Positions 15,687 to 24,308 of a DNA stretch of 44,099 nt are shown here, piece by piece. Where the stretch lies: sequence record OP087522.1; one strand, 5' to 3'. Both the position numbers and the translations under genes were made by a program. The notes under the pieces are model-generated. The model had not been told where the DNA came from, did not search any database, and saw only the letters and a program-made list of their open reading frames with translations. The stretch is from Escherichia phage TR1. The number at the start of each line of letters is the position of its first letter. The stretch's first letter is position 1.

Positions 15687-16606
15687 ATTACGATAAGAAT
15701 GAAGTTATACCTAAGATGGCCGGATTGTGGAAATCATTTTATGCAAAGGAACTTGGTTGGAATGATAGACACCTAAGTAAGAAGCACGGACCATGCCCAT
15801 ACTGCTTTGGCACTGACAGATTCAGATTTACCGACGAAATAGGCAGTGAAAAAGGAAATGGCGCGGCAGTTTGTTCGAAATGCGGAAGTGACTCCGGTAT
15901 AGGATGGGTCATGAAGTGCACTGGATCGTCCTTCGCCGATTCAGTAAATTTGCTTGGTGACTGGCTGAACTTAACACCAATTGAGGTTATAGTTAAAGCA
16001 AACAAGCAAGCATCAAGAACCCAGCTCTACAAAATGGGCGCACAGATTGATCACGAAAGATGCCTGGAGATAATGGAAAGGACTGAGAGAGTAGAATCTA
16101 CTCCACTCAGCATATACGAGGGTATTTATAGCGAGTTTGGTTTTGATGCTGGCAGGACAAAATCAGGCGAACTAATACACGCAGTGCCGTGCTTTATGGC
16201 TTATAGTGACGGCATATCAGAAGAAATGTGCAATGTAATGTTTATCAATGAAGAAGGGGGTGTTAGTTATGCTGCAAAAGATTATACTCGCCAGTCTATT
16301 GCTGTTATTGGCACCTTTAAAGATGATGAGTACGCTTATCTGGTCGATAATTGGATTGATGGTGTTCGCGTTCATCTTGCTACTGGCAAACGCTGTGTGC
16401 TTGTTTGCCACTCTAGCTACAACATGGAGATGGTTGCTTATGCGCTTAGAAACTACAAGCTGAGAGTGGCATGCAAGCTTGATAGGGAATTGCTTTGCGT
16501 TGCGGATGACAGGAACGTTGACGTGGTAATACCAAATGATGAATACTCATTCAAGAGCGGTATCAGGAAGAAGATATATAAAGCGAGTGATTTATTGAAT
16601 AGTTAA
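15683..16606 (+). CDS. DNA primase (zinc-ribbon CPYC...CSKC plus TOPRIM-like region)
   Basis: N-terminal Cys4 zinc-binding motif GPCPYCFGTDRFRF...CSKCG typical of phage primases; ATGA coupling with upstream HNH. Confidence 0.5.
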   Translation: MNYDKNEVIPKMAGLWKSFYAKELGWNDRHLSKKHGPCPYCFGTDRFRFTDEIGSEKGNGAAVCSKCGSDSGIGWVMKCTGSSFADSVNLLGDWLNLTPIEVIVKANKQASRTQLYKMGAQIDHERCLEIMERTERVESTPLSIYEGIYSEFGFDAGRTKSGELIHAVPCFMAYSDGISEEMCNVMFINEEGGVSYAAKDYTRQSIAVIGTFKDDEYAYLVDNWIDGVRVHLATGKRCVLVCHSSYNMEMVAYALRNYKLRVACKLDRELLCVADDRNVDVVIPNDEYSFKSGIRKKIYKASDLLNS

Positions 16607-16628
16607 CCTCCTTCGGGAGGTTTTTTTA
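16607..16628 (+). terminator. rho-independent terminator after primase
   Basis: Hairpin CCTCCTTCGGGAGG plus T7 run. Confidence 0.65.
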
Positions 16629-16693
16629 TGCCTTAAAGATGCTACAATCCAAATTAGCAATTAGTGCTATTTTACAAATGGAGACTTTACACA

Positions 16694-19171
16694 ATGGCAA
16701 TTTATGACTTAGGAACAGCGTCTCTGGCCGCTAATGGCGAGGTGACTGGCGTAGGGACAACATGGAAGGCGCCCCTTACACTGATTAGAGTTGGTGCAAC
16801 CATCGTATTTAAAACTGAACCAGTACAAATTTACACCATCTCTGAAATTATCAGTGATACTCAGATTAATGTTTATAACCCCAATTCTGAGACCGTTCCT
16901 GCCGGAACTGGTTACGCGATTCTTGCTCACGATGGAATTACCGTTCAGGGTTTAGCTCAGGATGTTGCTGAAACTCTCCGTTACTATCAATCAAGGGAAT
17001 CAGAGGTCGCAACAGCAGTTGATGTTTTTAAGGCTTTTGATCAGGATAAATTTTCAAGTGATGTAAGCCGAGTTAACACACAATTTGGAGAAATTACTGC
17101 TATTGGTGCTCAGGTCTCATCTGATGCCGCCAAAGTGACCACCGATAAGAATGCAGCGGCAGCAAGTGCAACCAGCGCATCCGCTGACAAAGATGCGGCA
17201 GCTGCATCAGCGCGGGAGGCGGCAGATTATGCGGCGTCACTTGACACACAGAACATATTAAGAAAAGACTTGGCGCTATCAGACTTAACTGACAAGCCAC
17301 TAGCAAGGCAGAACCTTGATGTTTACTCCAGGGATGAGACTGACTCAAAAATAATTAATGATTTGTCCGAGAGAGGAGGTGAACTCATTAATTTGAAAAG
17401 GGGCGGTCTTACATCAAACTTATCGACTACGATTGCTGATTTTTACCAGAATACAGTTATTAACCTTGTTACAGATTACGGTCTTGTTGGTGACTTTGAT
17501 CCCACCACTGGCGTATCTAACGGAACAAATAACGTCACTGCACTTCAGGAAGCAATCAATGATGTTATTTCCAACGGAGGTAATGTGACATTAAGATTCC
17601 CGTCAGGGAAGTTTAGATTTAAGCGTCTAAACACATACAAGCCAGGTGGCGTAGCTGTTACTTTAGGTGTTGAGGGTGCAGGTTTAAAGAATGTAATTAT
17701 TGAGGGGGATGGATTCTCAACCGAACTCTATTGCGATGATATTGGAAGATTGTTCGGGCTTTATGCTGCGAACAACGTTATCATCCGAAATATGAAGGTG
17801 ATAGGTTACGGGGGCGGTGCTACTTCGCCATCTAGAGAAAGAGACCAGGCATTCGCGTTGGGTTATAAATGCAAGAGCGTCATTTTCGATAATGTTTACA
17901 TTGATAACTTCTACGGTGACTGCATCTATTTTGGTGGAGATCTTGAGAATGGCGCAATAACAGGAAAATTCTCTAGAGATGTAACAGTAAGGAATTGCAT
18001 ACTTAAGGAGCGTTACGGCAACGGCATTCGATCCTGGGACGCATCAGGTGGCGGCACACGATCCCGTTTGGCAATGGCTGTTATCGACGTCGTAGGCCTG
18101 AAAGTACATGACAATATTATTTACGGAGAAATAGATCTAGAACCAAACTCGTCAGGCCAGAATATGCAGTATGTGGAAATCCATGACAATACATTCCGCA
18201 GTGCTGGAGTTATCCCAGTAACCAACCCTTACGAGTGTGAGCCATTGTACGAAGGAACAGCCACGATAAGAGGCGGTGTAACACTGCAAACTGTTGCGTC
18301 AAACTTGACGACCGCATCAATCACAATTCGCGATAACGCAATTGAGTACGGGCGAATTCGAATTACTGGTGGTTCAAATGCAGGTCATGTGTTGTGTCAT
18401 GGCAATAGGATACGTCGTGGTGGGTTTTTTATTGGGCATTATTCTGGAACAAACAACAACCCTAACATGATCATTAGGGATAATCATGTTGATGCTGGGT
18501 TCAATGGTAGTGACGATTACAACATGGAAGACTGGATTACTGTCGGAAGCATCCCTTTAGCTGCATTCTTTATACAAGGCAGCCTTTCATCATGTCGCGT
18601 TATTGGTAATACATGTGGAAGCCAAGATGCTAGTTTTTCTAATATGTTTTATCTTCTTAACACCACGCAAACAGGTGGGGTAGATATTGAGGCGGGCGGC
18701 GGTAGTAACCAGTGGGTGGAAAACATTGCAGTTAACACCACTGCTCTTCGTAACTACACAACGCGAACTACAGACCTTGATATTGGGAACTCCGTAATGC
18801 CAAACTCTGGGGTTGGTCGAACTGAGTTTACTAAGCAGTTAGCGAGAGTATTAATTAATCCTGTCGTTAATGTGACCGTTTCGGGAAGTAACCAGAAGAT
18901 ACAATTTAATACAAATCCCGGTAATAAATATAGATTAACTCATAGTGCAAGCTCTAGTGTAGATGGAATAACTGGCTACACTGAGGAAGCCGGGATGCAA
19001 ATACAAATAAGGAGTTCATCAGCTTCTGCATCAAACACTTTGACATTAAAATCTAGTTCAAGTTTTTATATGAAAGGAGGAGTAGACGCGACCTTGAAAT
19101 CAACTAGACACATTATTATGGTTGAGTTAATAGAGCCAGAGGGGTGGACTGAGGTATATAGAAACTTTTAA
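16694..19171 (+). CDS. tail fibre / tailspike-like protein with right-handed beta-helix (pectate-lyase-like) central domain
   Basis: Ala-rich segment AAAASATSASADKDAAAASAREAADYAAS; repeated motifs NVIIRN, DNIIYG, HDNTF, IRDNAI, IRDNHV typical of parallel beta-helix; GGAGA RBS; start taken at ATG 16694, not the upstream GTG of the ORF track. Confidence 0.55.
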   Translation: MAIYDLGTASLAANGEVTGVGTTWKAPLTLIRVGATIVFKTEPVQIYTISEIISDTQINVYNPNSETVPAGTGYAILAHDGITVQGLAQDVAETLRYYQSRESEVATAVDVFKAFDQDKFSSDVSRVNTQFGEITAIGAQVSSDAAKVTTDKNAAAASATSASADKDAAAASAREAADYAASLDTQNILRKDLALSDLTDKPLARQNLDVYSRDETDSKIINDLSERGGELINLKRGGLTSNLSTTIADFYQNTVINLVTDYGLVGDFDPTTGVSNGTNNVTALQEAINDVISNGGNVTLRFPSGKFRFKRLNTYKPGGVAVTLGVEGAGLKNVIIEGDGFSTELYCDDIGRLFGLYAANNVIIRNMKVIGYGGGATSPSRERDQAFALGYKCKSVIFDNVYIDNFYGDCIYFGGDLENGAITGKFSRDVTVRNCILKERYGNGIRSWDASGGGTRSRLAMAVIDVVGLKVHDNIIYGEIDLEPNSSGQNMQYVEIHDNTFRSAGVIPVTNPYECEPLYEGTATIRGGVTLQTVASNLTTASITIRDNAIEYGRIRITGGSNAGHVLCHGNRIRRGGFFIGHYSGTNNNPNMIIRDNHVDAGFNGSDDYNMEDWITVGSIPLAAFFIQGSLSSCRVIGNTCGSQDASFSNMFYLLNTTQTGGVDIEAGGGSNQWVENIAVNTTALRNYTTRTTDLDIGNSVMPNSGVGRTEFTKQLARVLINPVVNVTVSGSNQKIQFNTNPGNKYRLTHSASSSVDGITGYTEEAGMQIQIRSSSASASNTLTLKSSSSFYMKGGVDATLKSTRHIIMVELIEPEGWTEVYRNF

Positions 19172-19175
19172 CAAT

Positions 19176-19204
19176 AAAAAAACCCCGCCTATGCGGGGTT
19201 TTTA
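19176..19204. terminator. bidirectional rho-independent terminator between convergent tail-fibre and SSB genes
   Basis: Hairpin CCCCGC-CTAT-GCGGGG flanked by A-run and T-run. Confidence 0.65.
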
Positions 19205-19207
19205 CTA

Positions 19208-19636
19208 TCAAAATGGAATATCATCTTCAAAAGTCTGATTCTGCTGTGGTTGTTTTTGCTGCTGCTGCTGTTGCGGCTGCTGTTGCTGTTGATGTTGTTG
19301 TTGTGGTGCTGAATCACCACGCTGACTAAACTCAAGTCGCGGGTTATTCATGTTGATTGTTACGTAAGTCTTTCCATCCTTATCACGAACATCAACAGCC
19401 AACGTTTCGCAACTTACGCTAACAATCTTTCCTTCCTGAAATGCCTCGTCATACCATGCAAGCATTGATTCTTTTGCAAAGAATACAGCCCTGTAATTGT
19501 TCCAGCAAGTTTCATTATCTTTGTTCTTATATCTTTCTGACAAGTCTATAGCATACATTTTCCATAAACCATTTGAATTGCTGCCTTCTTTTGTGAATGG
19601 CTGGCGGCGAATTGTACCGGTAATTACGTGACTCAT
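19208..19636 (-). CDS. single-stranded DNA-binding protein with Gln-rich linker and acidic DDIPF tip
   Basis: C-terminal ...FEDDIPF as in bacterial SSB tails; poly-Q encoded by CAG/CAA run at about 19240-19310. Confidence 0.6.
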   Translation of the reverse strand: MSHVITGTIRRQPFTKEGSNSNGLWKMYAIDLSERYKNKDNETCWNNYRAVFFAKESMLAWYDEAFQEGKIVSVSCETLAVDVRDKDGKTYVTINMNNPRLEFSQRGDSAPQQQHQQQQQPQQQQQQKQPQQNQTFEDDIPF

Positions 19637-20007
19637 TTCATTTCCTCTCTGTTTATAAATTCGGATTTAAACTTTGATTTTATATCCAACAACTCATTGT
19701 ACGCATCTATAGGTAGCAGGTGATACTTTGTTGAGTAAAACTTTCTATTGTACATCCATCTACCGAAGTACTTTCCTGTTTTCTTGTGTAAGCAAACACC
19801 TTTATATCCAAGTGAATTATTTTTATTGGCACCCCTGTTTTGTTGGTTTTCTACCCTATTGCATTTCCTTAAATTTGCAACGTTGTTGTTTGATGGATTA
19901 CCATCAATATGATCAATCTCAAAGCTACCTAGCAAATCCTCTCCAGAGTTAACGCAATATGCAATGCGATGCACTTTTAGTCTTTTATTGTCTTGGTATA
20001 TTGACAT
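19633..20007 (-). CDS. HNH endonuclease (shorter divergent copy)
   Basis: HRIAY...EIDHIDGNPSNNNVANLR HNH core plus GYKGV AP2-like start. Confidence 0.6.
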   Translation of the reverse strand: MSIYQDNKRLKVHRIAYCVNSGEDLLGSFEIDHIDGNPSNNNVANLRKCNRVENQQNRGANKNNSLGYKGVCLHKKTGKYFGRWMYNRKFYSTKYHLLPIDAYNELLDIKSKFKSEFINREEMK

Positions 20008-20186
20008 ATAACCAAGATGATCCGGCTTTCCTACAACTAATCCGGCCTTAGCCTTTTTTACCGCGAATCTCCTGCAAAGGTTTCCATCTTAATCTATTTT
20101 GAATAACTTAGATAAGTATTCAAAGCTCAAATTCTTACCATTCATTCTTTTCTATCTGTTTTGTTGGGGCATAAGCCCCGTTTTAT

Positions 20187-20837
20187 TTAGAATGTGTCGA
20201 TTTGTTGTGATTCTACTTCAACCTTTTCGTCAGCACCACTTTTTTCTGCAACTTTCTTTGGTGTTGCTGGGTTGAATCCAGTTGCTGCATTGGCTTCAAT
20301 CTCTGCCTTGCGCTCGATAATGTGAGGTTCGAAAACCTTCCATCCCGCCGCGTCTAGTGATTGCTTGGCCTCTTTCCAGACTTTACGTAACTCATCAAGC
20401 GTGTTGCACTTCTCTAGCTCGCGCTTGAAGTCTTTAACACCTTTAGCTGCGAGATTGCCATCGTCATCTGCCTGACTAAGACCTAAAGCTGCTGTAATGC
20501 CGTAGCGTCTAGCATATGTAAGAGCAGAGCCGTAACCTTGAGCGTCATTCTTGCTGATTGGGACAATCATTAAGAAGCTAACCCACTCTCCTGACTCAGC
20601 ATGAAATAGCTTTGTCTCAACCTTCATTCTATTAGTTTGCTCGTCATCTAGGACGCTTTGAAACATAACCAAACCACACTCATCCAAACCAGGCTCAACG
20701 GCTGCTAAAACATCATCTAAGGTTGCATACTTGTTTTTAAGGTGCGAGTTCTGCTTAGAGCGCTCAGCCTTTGCAAACATTGCTTTTGCAGTGTGTAGCG
20801 CGTTTAAAATTGATTTGCATGATTCTGAAATTTGCAT
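20187..20837 (-). CDS. Erf-family single-strand annealing recombinase
   Basis: Pattern KYATLDDVLAAVEP...GSALTYARRYGITAALGL recalled as Erf-like; sits with SSB and exonuclease. Confidence 0.55.
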   Translation of the reverse strand: MQISESCKSILNALHTAKAMFAKAERSKQNSHLKNKYATLDDVLAAVEPGLDECGLVMFQSVLDDEQTNRMKVETKLFHAESGEWVSFLMIVPISKNDAQGYGSALTYARRYGITAALGLSQADDDGNLAAKGVKDFKRELEKCNTLDELRKVWKEAKQSLDAAGWKVFEPHIIERKAEIEANAATGFNPATPKKVAEKSGADEKVEVESQQIDTF

Positions 20838-20866
20838 CTTTAACCTCGTTCGTTTTTGATGGGATA

Positions 20867-20909
20867 ACTATACCTGAGCTATCCATTGTTGTTTTAGCAA
20901 TTTGTGCTA
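20867..20909 (-). promoter_or_regulatory. promoter cassette copy: palindrome TAGCA-ATTTG-TGCTA (20895-20909), 22-bp spacer, -10 TATAGT (20867-20872)
   Basis: Measured. Confidence 0.55.
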
Positions 20910-21385
20910 TTTCCGTGATTTCTATGAAATCCCAACTTAACCTCTTCGCTTTTTCTTGCTCTAGCGGCTTCCTCGATTGAGTCAAAACACCCAATGTGAT
21001 ACTCGTAACCATCCACACCCATTCTTGCTACATATTTTGATAGCCTTGGCACCCAACTAACACCCAGAACTCCGGTTTTGTTTGTTTTTCTCAATGACTG
21101 ATTCATGGCATTTCCTTGCCTATTCACCAATCGCAAGTTCTCAATCCTGTTATCATTTCTAATGTGATTTATGTGATCAACAAATAAACCACTAGGTATT
21201 TTACCATTTACGATATCCCATATAATTCTGTGAACCTTGTGCTCCCTGCCATCGTACCTCAACCTTACATAACCGTTAGTCTTACTTACATTTCCAGCAA
21301 CTTTACCAATGCAACCTCTAGTTCCGCTCATTATCTTCCATATCAAATTAACCCCATCGTAATCAAAAATTTCAGACCAGTTCAT
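20894..21385 (-). CDS. HNH-AP2 homing endonuclease (paralog family copy 2)
   Basis: MNWSEIFDY..., HRIIWD...DHINHIRNDNRIENLR, AP2-like GVSW...GCFDSIEEAARAR. Confidence 0.75.
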   Translation of the reverse strand: MNWSEIFDYDGVNLIWKIMSGTRGCIGKVAGNVSKTNGYVRLRYDGREHKVHRIIWDIVNGKIPSGLFVDHINHIRNDNRIENLRLVNRQGNAMNQSLRKTNKTGVLGVSWVPRLSKYVARMGVDGYEYHIGCFDSIEEAARARKSEEVKLGFHRNHGNSTNC

Positions 21386-22343
21386 CTCTGTATTTCCTCA
21401 TATCCCACTCAGGTACATCTAAATCAATCTCTGTTGCACCCATCGCATATCCGGGCCACACATCATTCTCTTTGCACTTCTTGTAAGTTGCAAGGGCCTC
21501 TAGATACATTCTACGACCAACCTTCAGTTGCTCTTCTGTAATATTGTAAAGCATTGGTAAGTAAGGTGCCTCTTTCTCGATTGCAAGTAACCTTACTTTT
21601 GTTCTTCTTTTCTCGTTAAAAGCCCTGACGAAAACATCGTGCTGAAGGGCCATTTTTGCGAGATACCCGTGCTTGAATGCAAGCCTCCCAAACTCCTGAG
21701 GTGATGCGCTGGCTGTCGTCTTCAGGTCTGTAATGCATACAACTCCATCAATTACATCTACGTGGTCTATTCGAATCTTCACTCCTACACCGAGAATCTC
21801 ACCAAATATTGATAACTCTTTCTGCGCCGTTTCGCTATTCACGATTTTATTATATGCCGGAATATTGCAAAGAACCTCACGCATGGCGACCACTTCGTCA
21901 TAGTCTGCTGCGCTAACCAGCTCCTTACCCTCCACAAGCGCTTGGGCGCTCTCCTGCTGCTCAATTAACCATTTAACACTCCAATCCTCACCAGAGCGAT
22001 ACATCATCTCTACAAGCTCGCTATACCCCTTCCCTGACGTGCCAGCTACACCAACTTTTTTAAGTGCTGCCGATAATGCTGTCTGACTTGTAATTAAACC
22101 ATCAATCGCATCAAGGTCGGTTGCTCGCAAGTACTCTTTATCGAACACATCTTGTTCTAGAATCATACAGTGAGATAAAGTGCCAAACTTAAGCGCCTTA
22201 CTATCATTGTTTCGCTGCTTGAACTTCCACTTAGCTGGAGAACCCTGGATAATCTCGACAAGTGAACTGCCAGAGATGTGATCAGTCTCAGAGTGGTAAG
22301 ACTCGCTGCTTAACTCCTCTCGCGTAAAAACTTTAAAGCCCAT
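21372..22343 (-). CDS. PD-(D/E)xK exonuclease (recombination exonuclease)
   Basis: Motif IDHVDVIDGVVCITDLKT (D...D-x-K); adjacent to Erf and SSB. Confidence 0.55.
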   Translation of the reverse strand: MGFKVFTREELSSESYHSETDHISGSSLVEIIQGSPAKWKFKQRNNDSKALKFGTLSHCMILEQDVFDKEYLRATDLDAIDGLITSQTALSAALKKVGVAGTSGKGYSELVEMMYRSGEDWSVKWLIEQQESAQALVEGKELVSAADYDEVVAMREVLCNIPAYNKIVNSETAQKELSIFGEILGVGVKIRIDHVDVIDGVVCITDLKTTASASPQEFGRLAFKHGYLAKMALQHDVFVRAFNEKRRTKVRLLAIEKEAPYLPMLYNITEEQLKVGRRMYLEALATYKKCKENDVWPGYAMGATEIDLDVPEWDMRKYRDELV

Positions 22344-22346
22344 ATT

Positions 22347-22694
22347 TTATTCCTTAACCTTAACTACCTTAACAGATTTCAAATCTTCTTCAGTGAAGCA
22401 CCCGGTCAGAACATCTCGGGCTTCTTCTTTGGTCTCGAATCTGTCAGCCTCGTTTTTATCCGTTGTGTATCCAGCAGGGCCACCAAAGTAGCAATCGCCG
22501 AACAGTGCGTTGTTTTTCTCTTTGATAATGTAGTAGGTCATTTCTCTATCTCTCTGGTTGTTTGCTTTCGATGGGTTAACTATATATTCGGCACGGTAGC
22601 TAGTCCAATTGGTTTTGCCAATCGTTGACTCAGACTTACGCGTGAATCCTTGTAATTTCGTGTAGGCATTGCCAATGGTTACGCTTTCTGGCAT
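22347..22694 (-). CDS. hypothetical protein (115 aa), first gene leftward from second control region
   Basis: ORF track. Confidence 0.5.
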   Translation of the reverse strand: MPESVTIGNAYTKLQGFTRKSESTIGKTNWTSYRAEYIVNPSKANNQRDREMTYYIIKEKNNALFGDCYFGGPAGYTTDKNEADRFETKEEARDVLTGCFTEEDLKSVKVVKVKE

Positions 22695-22842
22695 CTCGGC
22701 CCAGCTATAGCTTAATGTAACTAGTGTGTATATCGTGTATACCGTTTCTCGCTAAGGGTGCATCGGTATAGCTGCCGCGCAATACTGTATAAATCCACAT
22801 GATATTAAAATTATAACCGGAACACTCTATAGAAGTAGTTAC

Positions 22843-22905
22843 ATGATATACACAGTAATATATAATAATAATAATAAGAGTAAAAGCTTGATATATATAG
22901 ATATT
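22843..22905. repeat. second copy of (AAT)n-containing repeat element (5 units) with GTATAC/GTAAC motifs nearby
   Basis: TATACACAGTA-ATATATAATAATAATAATAA aligned by eye to 3398-3446. Confidence 0.6.
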
Positions 22906-23002
22906 TTAATGTAACTAATGCGTAACTAGGCGTAACAGCGCGTATACCATTTTCCGCGGACGAGATTGTATACACCGAGTTACATCGGTTACGCGTATAC
23001 AA

Positions 23003-23046
23003 TAGCACGAATAGCTAAAGACTCCGTAATCATCCTTTGCTATAGT
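23003..23046 (+). promoter_or_regulatory. promoter cassette copy (plus): palindrome TAGCA-CGAAT-AGCTA (23003-23017), 23-bp spacer, -10 TATAGT (23041-23046), leader CATCGAAACGAAA
   Basis: Measured. Confidence 0.55.
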
Positions 23047-23086
23047 TACTCCATCGAAACGAAACACACTCACTAAGGAATACAAA

Positions 23087-23317
23087 ATGACTAACTTCAT
23101 CAAATCAGCAATAATCGCGGCAGCAGTAATCATGACTGTAGGTTGTTCTTCCGGACCCCGACCTGACGGTTGGTGCGCGACTGAAGTTAACGGCTCATGT
23201 GTTGCTAAATGGAAAGGAGGTGTAGTTGTAGCTTCAGGTGAAACAGATATCCGCTGGGATGGTATCAAAAACTTCTCTGGATCAGTTAAAGATCATGGCA
23301 CAAAGGAGTGGAAATAA
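23087..23317 (+). CDS. small lipoprotein (76 aa), candidate Cor/Llp-like superinfection-exclusion protein
   Basis: Signal peptide with lipobox (IMTVGCSS); beside the J-like tail tip gene on the opposite strand with its own promoter. Confidence 0.5.
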   Translation: MTNFIKSAIIAAAVIMTVGCSSGPRPDGWCATEVNGSCVAKWKGGVVVASGETDIRWDGIKNFSGSVKDHGTKEWK

Positions 23318-24279
23318 TGCCTCAGGGTATCTTGATAGACTTGAATGACGGAAGACCGAGAATGGAGATAACTGCAGGTTTAAGAGCGCCATCAGTAACA
23401 GGAAGCCTTAGCAGTAACTCCACGTTTAATTCCGCCAATGGCACTAGAGACTTCGGACTAACAATGACTCAAGGATCTGAGGCCTTCATATTGCCGACAA
23501 AGGCTATTGACGTTTATGACTTCAACTTCATACCTGAGGTTTATTTCATGAATGGATTTTCCAGGGTCAATAACTCAACTGGAAGGATAAGTATAGGTAA
23601 CTTTAACGGCTCATCAGGACGTTTGATTGGATTTGGTGCGCAAGGTTTTGAGGTTCTTGGTGCATCACCAGGCAGTGAGGGGTTATTTGTCAGTGATTCG
23701 ACTAACTTCACTGCAATAACATCAAACAGTAGACTCCTGACTGCTCAGTATGTCGGAACTGTGACTGTGAATGGAAGCTATACACTCCCGGTGACTGGAA
23801 TACCGTTTGGAAGGTGGAATAACCCAAATGTCACCCTTGAGTTTGACGGGGAAAGAATACTATGTAGAAACAATACCTACACAGGAATTGATAATGTATC
23901 AGCATCAGTAACTATCGATCTTGTTATATTCAACAATACAGCACCAACCGCAGGGCCTGGTTTAACAATTTCAAACGCCTCTGGCCAGATAGTGTTTTCC
24001 AGCGTCAAGCGACCTTTTGTACTAAGTGGATTCCTCCAGCTTTCCAACTCATACCAATCAATAGGTAATGGGTTTTTCCCAATACTAAGGTGCGGCGCGA
24101 TGGTTGAGGTTACTGGTGGATACAACAACCTTAGATACAAGGGCGTTGCAATGTCAAATGGTCAGGTTAGGGCGCATAAAGGAAGTGTTTATGGTAACTA
24201 CTCAACGAAGTCTGGCGCGCGGTTCCCATTCAACACCAACATCTCAATGCGGTTACCGTACATACCAAACATGTACTAA
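23317..24279 (+). CDS. Asn/Ser/Thr/Gly-rich protein (about 320 aa), function unknown (possible receptor-binding or exclusion partner)
   Basis: AAGGAG RBS; TAATG coupling with lipoprotein gene; start taken at ATG 23317. Confidence 0.5.
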   Translation: MPQGILIDLNDGRPRMEITAGLRAPSVTGSLSSNSTFNSANGTRDFGLTMTQGSEAFILPTKAIDVYDFNFIPEVYFMNGFSRVNNSTGRISIGNFNGSSGRLIGFGAQGFEVLGASPGSEGLFVSDSTNFTAITSNSRLLTAQYVGTVTVNGSYTLPVTGIPFGRWNNPNVTLEFDGERILCRNNTYTGIDNVSASVTIDLVIFNNTAPTAGPGLTISNASGQIVFSSVKRPFVLSGFLQLSNSYQSIGNGFFPILRCGAMVEVTGGYNNLRYKGVAMSNGQVRAHKGSVYGNYSTKSGARFPFNTNISMRLPYIPNMY

Positions 24280-24308
24280 AAAAGCCCCCAGAAGGGGGCT
24301 ATATTTTA
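24277..24308. terminator. bidirectional rho-independent terminator
   Basis: Hairpin GCCCCC-AGAA-GGGGGC with A-run and T-rich flank. Confidence 0.6.

Noticed and set aside
22781-22802. LexA-box-like sequence TACTGTATAAATCCACATG
   Set aside because: Left arm matches CTGT-(AT)n, but the right arm (CACAT) does not match ACAG; probably part of the AT-rich GTATAC-type repeats and not an SOS box.
22811-23268. Minus-strand ORFs 22811..23008 (YYYYY-rich) and 22915..23268
   Set aside because: Translation of the (AAT)n repeat and the antisense strand of the promoter and lipoprotein gene; no RBS, and conflict with a well-supported plus-strand gene.
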